Assembly: GCA_043228905.1 (NCBI GenBank)
Contig: JBHGNT010000018.1
Location: 12,834,001 to 12,898,000 of the forward strand
Direction: 5' to 3'
DNA length: 64,000 nt
From: Azolla caroliniana
Taxonomy: Eukaryota > Plantae > Polypodiophyta
The position numbers were made by a program, and so were the translations under genes. Of the stretch, positions 39,056 through 50,128 are shown piece after piece; position 1 is the first letter of the stretch; every line of letters starts with the position of its first letter. Below the pieces are notes generated by a model. The model saw only the letters and a program-made list of their open reading frames with translations. It had not been told where the DNA came from and did no database searches.

Positions 39056-39662
39056 CAATCTCCTTAGTCCAAGGCCCGAGTGGTCATGCCCGGTTCGACA
39101 CGTTTACGCGTATTTCCGTGACATCTTTGGTGAACTCGACGTGAAAGGGCAACAAAGGAGCCTCAGGATGAGAGGGTGTGAGCTAGCAGAAGCAATGGCG
39201 GCCATTGTGGACCGCCTTGTGAAATTATCGGGGCTCGACAGAGCCATCAAAACGATAGTCGACACAGTGGGCCGATTCAATGGAAAGGACGTTACAAGCT
39301 ACCTGGAGGCCTACACAGCCGAGATACTCATGTGGGATATTCCAAAGGACAGGCGGCTGTCCATATTTGCTTGATTTGTTATGCGGAGCATCCACCCGGA
39401 GGTGCTTGAAATACAAGTCGACTGCCATAACTGGTCGAATCTCAAGGAGCGACTTCTCGAAAGGTACGACCTTGACAACTCACTCCGGTTGTAAACAAGG
39501 GAGCTCATGGATTGGGTTGAGCTCCTCGGAAAAGGAAGGAACACATCAACACTTCTCCAGGAGTTCAAGAAGTGAGTTGCGTGACTATTAGCACTGGATC
39601 AGACCATGCTCGATACAAGCAAGGTCTTGTTATTTATCAAATCGGTCGACCCGCATGACCGG

Positions 39663-42600
39663 TGTCAGGAACAATACTAAGACAGAAAATGAATTAGTAC
39701 TAAAAGAAGGATTAGTACTAAGAGAGGTGAAGAACTCTCGAGAGAAGGAAAGAGTGAATGAGAGGGAGAGAGAGAGAGAGAGATCGAGAGAGTGATGATA
39801 AGAAAAGATATATATTATGTGAAGAGAATATACAGTAGTAGCTAGGAGGCTTAAGACTGGCGTTGAACTGATTTGGTTCGAAATAATGCCTTGTGCCTCC
39901 TTTTATAGTGTTCTCAGGAGTACTCCTGAAGTTTCTAGAATGTTCTAGAGAAATCTGGAATATACATCAATTTTCTATAATAAAACTTAAATGAAAATAA
40001 TATTCTACGTATTACAATAGATGGTATAATGGTCAAGAGCTTGACCCATGTAGCATAAGGTCATGGGTTCGAGTCTTGCCATATCATGACACTATTCCCC
40101 CTTTAAAACAACGAGTGTCACGAGTCGTTTTGGATTGAGGACCCGGTTGTTCTAGATATTGACGATGGAAGTCTTCAAGAAGAGCACGAGCATTGGTCAC
40201 ATTCTCTATCGGTTCCCAAGTACGCTCGTTGGGACTATATCCTAGCCAATCGACTAGATAGTAGAGCTTGTTGCGAACAATCTTGGAATCAAGGATGGCG
40301 GCAACCTCGTACTCAGGTCCATCTTCAAGCTTGATCGGGGGTGGAGGTTGTGTAATACGTCATGGGATGGTGCCCTCTTGATAGGGTTTGAGGAGAGAAC
40401 TATGAAACACCGGATGTATCCGAAGTTGCGGAGGTAGATTGAGACGAAAAGCGACATCATTAATCTTTCCGATAATACGGAAAGGACCTAATCGCCGATA
40501 ATCCAACTTCTCGCATGGGCAAGTAGTCTTGATATGTCGTCGTAGTAGCCATACTCGATCTCCAATGTTAAAACTAGATGGAAGTCGATGACGATCTGCA
40601 TAAACCTTGTGTGTTTGTTGAGCTTGCTGGAGATGAGTAGATAAATCCGCTTGTATCTTGCATAATTGCTCCAAACGATCCTCTGCGCAAGGATTTGTGG
40701 ACAACTCTGGGGTTTCAAATACACACCATTGGGGGTGATAGCCCGTATAAGCATAAAATGGCGTAACTTTAGTCGATGCGTGGACAGAGTTGTTATAGGA
40801 AAATTTGGCGAAGTGGAGAATATCTGCCCAGTCATCCTAATGATAGCTTAGAAAGCATCAAAGATACTGCTCCAGAGTTTGATTTGTTCATTCTGTTTGG
40901 CCGTTAGTTTGTGGGTGGTAGCCGGAGGAGAGGTTACAAGTGTCCTTGAGCATTTTAAAAAGGTGCTTCCAGAATTTCGATATGAATTGGGGTCCACGGT
41001 CGTTGATGATACTATCGGGAAGGTTATGATGCCGACATACTTCATGCATGACAATTTCAACGGTTTCTTCACCGGAGATTTCCTTAGTACATGGCAAGAA
41101 ATGAGCCATCTTCGTATATCGATCTACTACTGTTAGAATCACATTGAACCCCTTTGAGACTGGAAGATCTGTGATGAAATCTAGAGCAATGGATTGCCAC
41201 GGCTTGGAATTGGTAATGGTTCTAATAAACCATATGGATGATGCCTTGGCATTTTCGCTCTACAACATGTATCACAAGTCCGAACAAAATCTTCGACAAA
41301 TTGTTTTACTAAATCACCAGAATGATCGTTGTACTAAATCTAATGTTTTAGTACTATTAAAATGCCCAGCTATATATGTGTCATGACAGTTTTGGACTAC
41401 TCGAAGGCATCAAGAACCATTAGGGACATACAAGAGTTTTTTAAAGAATAGTAATCCATCATGGTATTTGAATTGCTGATAGTCCGTACCTGGTTGTTGC
41501 GACTGTGAACAAGATGCTCGAGAGGGATCAATTTGTGCTAGAATGTCTTGGGCGAAAGCATCTGTCTTGAAGTCCTCACGTATGGTATCAATAACGTGGG
41601 AATCCATGGGCATGCCAAAGACATGTGTTGCTTGCAATTGTGCCGGTCCCAAGATTACTTGCTTTTGGTTATCGAAAGCTGGTTCGCCGGGACGCGGTGC
41701 TAGATACGAACGCCGTGATAATGCATCTGCCTTCCCTTGGTGCTTTCCTAGACGATATGTAATTTTGAAGTCGAAACGCGTGAGGAATTGGGCCCACCGA
41801 GCTTGACATCGATTTAACACACGAGTGTCCTGAAAGTAGGCAAGGTTTTTGTGGTCACTGAATACGGTGACTTGATGAGAGGATCCCTCTAGAAAATGCC
41901 TCCATTGCGTAAAAGAGTCCACTATTGCCAATAGCTCCTTATCATGAATTTCTTAGTTGATTTCGGCGGCGTCAAACTTGCGCGAGTGAAAAGCCATAGG
42001 ATGTAGCTTTTCATCATTACCTCGTTGTGACAGAATGCTACCCAATGCGAAATCCGATGCATCTACTTCAATGATGAATGGTTTTTTTGAATCAACGTGA
42101 GCTAGAATTGGAGCCGATGTAAATGCCTTCTTAAGATTCTCAAAAGCCATGTCCACTTCTTCAGACCAAACGAACGATTGTCCCTTCTTAGTAAGTTGTG
42201 TAAGAGGCAAAACAAGCTTTGAGTAATCCTTTATAAACTTGCGGTAGAAATTGGCAAAGCCTAAAAAGCATTGTACATCTCGCAACGAACACGGAGTTTG
42301 CCACTCTACCACCGTCTTGACCTTAGCGGGATCCATGGAGATGCGTTCTACAGAGATGACATAGCCCAGAAATTCCACTTGGTTGCACCCGAAACTACAT
42401 TTTTCCAGCTTTGCATAAAGACCATGTTCTCGAAGTCGTTTTAGTACTAACAGTACATGAGAATCATGCTCTTCTTGGGTCTTCGAATAAACCAGTAGAT
42501 CATCCAAATAGATGATGAAACAAACATCCAAGAGATCTCGGAATATATCATTTGCCATGTGCTGGAAGATTGCTGGCGCATTAGTGAGGCCGAACGGCAT

Positions 42601-45302
42601 GACCGTATACTCGAAGTGCCCATATCTGGTGCGAAACGCGATTTTCCATTCATCTCCTGGTCGTATATATATGCTCCCCGTAAGTCGATCTTCGTGAAGA
42701 ACCTTGCACCATTGATCTGTTCTAAAAGACTTGAGATAAGGGGAAGTGCATACCTATTTCTGATCATAACCTTATTCAAGCCACAGTAATCTACAACGAG
42801 ACGAAGTGATCTATCCTTTTTCTTGACGAAGAAAATGGGTGCGCCGGCTGGAGATTTCGAATGCCGAATGAAACCATTTTCTAAATTCTCCTCTATATAG
42901 GCTCGAAGGACTTCCAGCTCGGTTGGTGACAAATTGTAGATCGGTCCCCATGGTGGCTCTTTTCCCGGTTGTAAATCGATGGGGCAATCATATGGTCGAT
43001 GGTGAGGAAGCGTATTGGCTTGAACTTTATCAAACAGATCGGCATAATGACGATACTTCTCTGGAAGTTGAACGATGGACTCCTCTTTAGTGGTGCTGGA
43101 GGGTTTTACTGATATTGCGAAGAGAAACACTTCTTTCTTGTGTCCTTCCTCACGCAATTGATGTAGCGAATAGGTTGCAATCTTCTGAGTAGATCCTCGG
43201 GTTTGTCCACACCAGATTTCTCTTTTTCTCCAATCTATGTCTGGGTTATGTAATTCGAACCATGGTAATCCCAAAACAATGGGATGTTCTGGGATACTAA
43301 TTATATTAAATGATACTATACATGCTAAGTTATCTAGGACAATATTAACGAGCTCTGACTCTTCTATGATATCTCTGGAAGCGATGAGACGACCATCAAT
43401 GACTACTACAAAGGCTGGACACAAGAGTTTTCTTAGGGATATCTGATGAGCTTGGGCAAAATTCCTATCCATGAAGCAAGAGTTGGCTCCGGAATCTAAG
43501 AGTGTTAAGACATGTACTGGAGGAGTACTTTTTGTACTAACCATTACTTGAGCTAAGAACACATTGCTAACTTGCTTAGAGGAAATGGAACCACTAATGG
43601 GCTGCACAGATCTAGGGCTGTCCAACCAAACGGCTCTTATTTTGGCTGAACTCAATCGTTTAACTCTTCTTCTAGTTGACTAAGTATTTCAAATTTGTTT
43701 GAAAGGCTCGGGCTATTAGGACTATCGGACACACCTAGAGAAATAGACTCGGGTTTAGTACTATTAGTACTAGAGGTTATTTGATTTACCTACCTTTCTG
43801 GTTGATGGGGACAATTTACTGCAATATGCCCCGAGCCACCACAATACAGACATAGTCGATTTTCCCTGTGTCACTGCTTTTCTTCTTCTGATAGTGGTCC
43901 GCAACGACGTGTGGTGTCGATTTCCATTGGAGTCGGAGTATTTGTTGGAGATGTACTAAATGACACCCTTGGGAAAGGCTTTGCTATGATTGAAGCGTAG
44001 GTGGGCTCCGAGCTTGTCCTTGGTATTTGGAACTGATGTTCTGAACGTCGTTCGAAGAGGCGGTTATCGCATCACACCGCGCGACTGATTGCTTCTATCA
44101 ATGATTTTGGTTCTTCGGGGAAAGTTAGGAGTAAATCTTTAACATCATTACGTAGGACAAAACGAAATTGCTCCATTAATGCCTGGTCATCCCAGGGAAT
44201 ATCGGTGGCGAGAAGACGGAAATCTGTAGCATAAGCTGAGGCCAGCTGCTCACCTTGGCGCAATCTCCGGATTTTGTTGATTGCTGTTCTGACATTGTCG
44301 GTATCTCCAAAATAGGCTTTAAACTCGCTAATAAACTCTTCGAAATTATTTAACAAGGGAGAGTTTTTTTTCTAACAGAGGGGCGAACCATGCCAAAGCC
44401 TTGTCACTAAGTAGAGTGCCTACTAGTCCCACTCGTGATGCATCGGTGGGATATCGAGAAGGATGCATTTGAATCACTAAACGTACCTGATTGAGGAAAC
44501 CTCTAAACTGTGATCGGGTCCCATCAAATTTTGTAGGAAGACCAATCTTGGGTTCTTTGTTAATCCCTTGACTGCTTGATCCTTGTTGTTGTAGTGATAC
44601 AATAGTCGCTTCAAGTTGTTGTACACATAGCATCAACTCCCCGTGTTGTTGTTGTTTTTCCAGTGCTATTTGTTGAAGATGCCCCAACAAACGGTGATTT
44701 TCTTGTTCAAGTGCTACAAATTTCTCTTTTAAGGACTGGAGCTCCGAGAAAACAGATTGGTATTCCTGAGCGCTAATAGTTTCCATTTTACTAGGGAGGA
44801 TAAGAGGATTAGTATGAAGGGAAGGAGGGGTAAGAGGGAAGGAAAGAGGCAAATCGGTTAAAACTTTCAGGAACAGTACTAAGACAGAAAATGAATTAGT
44901 ACTAAAAGAAGGATTAGTACTAAGAGAGGTGAAGAACTCTCGAGAGAAGGAAAGAGTGAGTGAGAGGGAGAGAGAGAGTGAGATCGAGAGAGGGAGAGAG
45001 GCTGATGATAAGAAAAGATATATATTATGTGAAGAGAATATACAGTAGTAGCTAGGAGGCTTAAGACTGGCGTTGAACCGATTTGGTTCGAAATAATGCC
45101 TTGTGCCTCCTTTTATAATGTTCTCAGGAGTCCTCCTTAAGTTTCTAGAATGTTCTAGAGAAATTTGGAATATACATCAATTTTCTATAATAAAACTTAA
45201 ATGAAAATTATATCCTACATATTACAATAGATGGTATAATGGTCAAGAGCTCGACCCATGTAGCATAAGGTCATGGGGTTCGAGTCTTGCCATATCATGA
45301 CA
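39663..45302 (-). mobile_element. full-length degenerate chromovirus (Tcn1-like Ty3/gypsy): LTRs 44865-45302 and 39663-40091, gag-PR-RT-RH-INT-chromodomain
   Basis: Paired LTRs of about 430 bp; decayed 5-bp TSD ACCGG/ATTGG; YLDDLL RT; integrase GYHPQTNGQTE; chromodomain YEVAAILDSKIVRNKLYYLVDWLGYSPNERTWEP near 40200-40315; PPT next to 40091. Confidence 0.95.
40022..40080 (+). promoter_or_regulatory. tRNA-like Pol III A-box/B-box module in LTR U3 (copy at 45232-45291)
   Basis: TGGTATAATGG...AAGGTCATGGGTTCGAGTC with tRNA-like spacing; no acceptor-stem pairing. Confidence 0.65.
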
Positions 45303-46584
45303 ATTGGGAGAAGGTTGGTCTCTTGGAGATGGATGAAGGGCTCACAACGGATTGGGAACCCATGGTAAAAAGGGGTTGCAGTCGTTTCGACAAACAGTGT
45401 CAATGGAATGATGAAGGGTCGTTGTTGACTGGCCCGACTGCAAAGGGAATGGCAGGGGAAGTGCCGACTGGGTCGGAAGAGACGAGAAGGCAGCTCAAGT
45501 CAGGCCCGGTTTCGGCCAACGTGGTCGATGGACTGTCGGGAGGCGCAACATTAGAGGAACTGACAAAGACAACGCGTGACCTCCAGATCGCTTAGGCTCG
45601 GAGGGATGACGGAGATCAATCGCGTGATTGACGCCCGCCTAATGACCCTACGTGCGACAATGTCGGCCACATTCGGAGAGATGACGATGAGGAACAACAT
45701 GGTGTACCTTTGGAATGGACGAGTAATGAAGAGGTTGATGGAGGAGGTCACGACACAACATGTCAAAACCATCCATTACTCGACATCGGTTGGAATCTGG
45801 GTCGGAGGAGAGAAGAGCACCGCCTTTGGCAACGATGCCAAATTCTAGTTGCTCATACTTGAAGGCTTCTATGGGAAGAAAAGCTGAAGAAGGAGGAGGT
45901 GGACCACGTGGAGAGGTGAGTTTGCGAGGTCACTGGATGGAGTGACCCGATGGAGGAGAAGACTGGCTTTGTGGAACCGGTGCGCCAGAAGTACGAAGTT
46001 CTGGTTGAAGACAAGCGGGTCGGGAAGGTCGGAGGGGCGGGCCCTTTGGGGAGGTATGACACCCAGAGTAGGCCAAAAAGGAGTGAAGATGCCGGCTTGC
46101 AGGAGAAGATGAGGGAAATTTTTTTGAGCTTTCGACTGAGCTCCGAGATAGAGAAGACGAAAATTCTACGGAAGGTCTTAAAGGAGCAAATCCTTGACAA
46201 TCGGGTGGAGCTCACGCTACGAGAAGTACTGGTTATTGCCAAGAAGGAGTTCCACGATGACACGATCCTCGACCTGATAAAGAGAAAGTGGCTCTCGACT
46301 GAGTCGGAAAGAGAGAAACTGGTCGAGGTGAAAGCGGCCCATATCGACGAAGTGGTGATGGAAGAGGAGTTGTCGGACAACCACTACATGTGGTCACAAT
46401 GGGTAAGGGCAACAACGGAGACACTAGTTCCTGATCGGGGATGTGAGGGAACCGGTGGTGGCTTTGATCGACCACATAGAATGTAATATTCGTGTTCATG
46501 CAGGCATTCAAACGTTTGGAAACGAACACTTTTGAAATGGGAAAAATACGTGCTCCCTTTTTTTTTTTCATTTTTTTCATTTAT

Positions 46585-47130
46585 TGTCATTACAATTCAG
46601 CTCGCCCTAGTGGTAAGGAGTCATGCTAATGTTGTCTATGTCTTCGGTTTGATTCCCAATTTTCTCATCTCTCTCTCATTAGTACCATGACATAATAAAA
46701 TTTTATGTTAGTGTTATAATACTTTTTTCTTTTCTTTTTTTATTATTTGAACTAAGCACGACCTAGTGGTAAGTTGCTATGCTACTATTACTTGTGTCTT
46801 GGGTTCAATTCCCAACTTTCTCATATCCTCTTGTTAGAGTGTCATGGCAAAATTTTATGTTAGTGTCATGTTCCTTTTTCTTCTTTTTCTTTATTTCATT
46901 GTTATTAGAAATTAGGTCACCCTAGTGGTAAGTTGTTATGCTACTACCACCTATGTCATGTTTTCGCCATATTCTCGAATATAGTTTTATGAGTTTTTGA
47001 TCGTTTCTTTTTTCTTTCTTTGTTGTTAGAAATTAGCTCACCCTAGTGGTAAGTTGTTATGCTACTACTGCCTATGTCATGTTTTCTTCATATTCTCGAA
47101 TATACGTTTTATGAGTTTTTGAACGTTTGA
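46585..47130 (+). repeat. tandem array of 4 tRNA-like units (period about 120-160 bp)
   Basis: CCTAGTGGTAAG recurs near 46606, 46761, 46921 and 47042; the first two units carry a B-box-like GGTTTGATTCCC / GGTTCAATTCCC. Confidence 0.75.
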
Positions 47131-47220
47131 TTATAATTTATAATGACATATTTTGATTCAATCTCTATAGTTCATACTCATTTTTTTGTAAAGTTCTAAA
47201 GTGAGGATGATAAAGATGTC

Positions 47221-47331
47221 TTGATTCTTAAGAAGCATCCCAAAAGTATGCATGTGATACAATGCAAATATTGCAACCATACTTATGTTGGTGGTTCACA
47301 ATGGATTAGAGTCCACTTATTGGGATTGAGA
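47221..47331 (+). pseudogene. BED-type zinc finger fragment (hAT-like transposase N-terminus)
   Basis: IQCKYCNHTYVGGSQWIRVHLLG matches the plant hAT CxxC...GG..R...HL.G pattern. Confidence 0.6.
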
Positions 47332-47563
47332 GTGAATCGATATATAATATAGACCATAGTCAATCCAATCCAACTTTGAGATGATTTACCATACACGTTT
47401 TATTGAATCATTCTTGAATGCTAATGCACGTATGATACGTATGGTTCATTCTATGGATTAGAGATAAATCTGATGTCAATGAACTTCTACAAGAAAGGGA
47501 AGTGGCCGATCAATACCAAGCATGAGTGGAAGAACTACATGTCCAAGTGAAGGTTGGTGACTT

Positions 47564-48545
47564 TGTCGTTAAGATTTTCGGCAACGATTTGAAAATCACG
47601 TGGAAAGGAGAAAACCGAGAAGGGTTCACTTTTGCGCTTCTCTCACGGCTTTTTCATAGTGAGTTATCCCACATATATATGCAACTAATATGACTCTCTC
47701 TCTATATACACTAACTTATCTTACATAAATATGTGATTATGTATATATATGTATGTGTGTATTCATTTGAACTTCTATTCGGTCAACTTCCATTCGACCA
47801 AATCCAAATTTGGCTTTCTGGTCGATTTCGGCCAACCAACTCTTGTTTCGGCTTCCTGACCAATTTCGGCCAACTGACTCTCGTTTCGGCTTTTCGACCG
47901 ACTCCCCCACAAGGAGGAACAATCTTACATAACACAATTGACTTAACATTAAGCCAAGTCATTTCTTTAAAAGTTTTATTTTTCATTATATTATTCACAT
48001 GTAAATTCTTGTACATGAGAGCTTCGATGAGTGACATGAACATCATGCATCACATGTAATGCATGAGTGCCAAGTGGCAAACATGCATTGTATGCATGTC
48101 TAGCACCCTGACATGCATCATATGCATGGGGGCATCTATAAAAGAGTGGAGGAAAATGAATCAAGGGGGGAAGCTAAGTAATGAATAAAGGAAACAGTAA
48201 TAAAATCTAGTTATCTTATTGGTGATGTATCTTGTCTCTAAAAATTGAAGTCAAGGGTTCAATCTCTCTCTCTCAATTTGTCTCATAATTGGAATCTTTG
48301 TCTCTCAATCTCACAGTATCTATCTTAAATACTTTCTCGCTAAAGCTAGTACAACCTTCAAATCCTTCCGGTCCAGGGCCCTAGTGGTCCCGCTTCATTT
48401 CGCGAACACGCAAGGATTTCCTCGATATCTTTCTTGGTGAACCCGACGAGAAGAAGTGGTAGGAAGGATCACGGCAAGGATCGACCAATACTTAGAGATG
48501 GCATCCTCAAGCAATAGAGTGGGAGAGTTCGAAAGGATGATGGCA
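47564..48545 (+). mobile_element. 5' LTR (47564-48427), Trp PBS and start of gag
   Basis: TGTCGTTAAGATTTTCGG...CCTCGATA followed by TGGTGAACCCGACGAGA. Confidence 0.8.
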
Positions 48546-49735
48546 CTAAGCCCTAACTAAGCCCTAGCATTAGGTTGTTGCTTATATACTAAGCCCTAAC
48601 TATTTGGATGTGTTCACACTAAGATACAAATTGGAAGGAGTCCGCCTTTTATGCCAACAAACTCCCTTGTAAAAGGACTACTCTTTCTACTTACCATTGT
48701 ATGGGGTTATCTGCCCCATGAACTTAGATTACAATTTTAATCTACAGTTATGATTACATGTCGTTCGGCATGTAGCCAAGTCAACATAGATATAGTCGAT
48801 ATCTTGCCTGATTTAGCTAGTCATCTGGATCGGCTTGTTCGAATCGGTCAGATCTTCGACTTACCTTTTGCTCCTTGTTTGGCTTTCTTCTGCTCGATCG
48901 CTTGTCGTAGTTCCATCTTTGTCCTTAGTGCTCCGAAGCATTGATCTGGGAGGGGCTTCATCAGGCAATCATCAAAGTTCACCTTGGTGTCAATCTTCCG
49001 GACTTCGAGCTTCTTCTCGGTTACAAGCTCCTGGATATGATGATACCATACCTCAACATGTTTTGTCTTCACATGATAGAAATAATTATTGATGAGGTGT
49101 ATTGGACTCTATGAGTCACAGTTGATGGTCGGCACTAGGTGGTTGATTCGACTTGTTGCTGAGAAGTCGGCTGATAGTCGGTGCAACTAGATTGCTTCCT
49201 TTGCTGCTTTTGATGCTGCTATGTACTCAGCCTCTGTGGTCGACAAAGTCATGCACACTTGAAGCTTCGACCTCCACAATATAACACTGCCACCATAGGT
49301 GAAGATGTAGCTTGATGTCGACTTCCGAATGCCTGAATTCTTGGTGTAGTCGCAGTCGGTGTAGCCTTTGACTTCGGTCAGATTTGCCGATCCGAAAGTC
49401 AGCTGTGCATCTTCGGTCCCTCTTAGTTACCTGAAGATGTGCTTGAAGACCTCCCAATGCTTCCATCCTGGGTTTGACATGTACCGTGACATGTACCGAC
49501 TGATGACCCCTATGACATAGGCAAGGTCGGGTCGAGTCGCCACCATCGCGTACATGATGCTTCCTACAATCGATGCATAGGGTATCTTTCCTAAGCTCTT
49601 TCTCCTCGTCCATCGAAGGAGAGTCTCTGTCCGATAGTCGGATCGACGTCGGACGCCGTGTTGGTGGTGGCTTCACGTTCTCCATATTGAAGCACTTCAA
49701 CACTTTGCGGAAGGTGTCCAATGTCATATAGGCAT
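48546..49735 (-). mobile_element. second, more divergent copia 3' fragment (RT end, RNase H, LTR remnant)
   Basis: KTKHVEVWYHHIQELV...VNFDDCLMKPL; frameshifted TRPDLAY and STTEAEY motifs. Confidence 0.8.
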
Positions 49736-50040
49736 TGAGTATAATACTCTCCATCTTCTTTGTAATATTTCTGATCTTCTTTATAGACGGCGTTGTGAAG
49801 ATTTTTGGCAATGGTGTGAAAATAGTGTGGAACGGAGAAAATTGAGAAGGTGCAATGTGCACACATATGAAAGGGGTGGTGGTTACACTCGTATGTTAGC
49901 ATGTTAATGTACACGTGAGATGTGCGTTGAGGTGCTCATTACACAAAATATAAAAAATTAAGCCTAAGGCCTAGTGGCATACAAAGAGGTGGACGTAGGG
50001 TTTTGAACCTTATACCTCCAAGATAAAAATAATTGATATA

Positions 50041-50085
50041 TGTAAAGAATCAAGAGATAGATTCTTGTGAAGCGGAATAGGTGTG

Positions 50086-50128
<43 letters not shown>

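Larger units (their letters stand above)
33284..46475 (+). mobile_element. Trp-primed gypsy remnant: LTR 33284-about 33840 + 39056-39123, PBS, gag/PR remnants (39124-39662, 45303-46475); hosts a LINE and a Tcn1-like element
   Basis: TGTCGTGGAGGATT start; ...TTCCGTGACA TCTT TGGTGAACTCGACGTGA; gag VGRFNGKDV; 45950-46486 is homologous to 62611-63582. Confidence 0.8.

Noticed and set aside
40015-40090. true tRNA genes at the A/B-box modules
   Set aside because: In this copy the acceptor stem does not pair and the T-stem is weak, and the copies are embedded in LTRs; called tRNA-like only.
46585-47130. CRISPR-like array
   Set aside because: Eukaryotic context, spacers are homologous to one another, and no cas genes are present.
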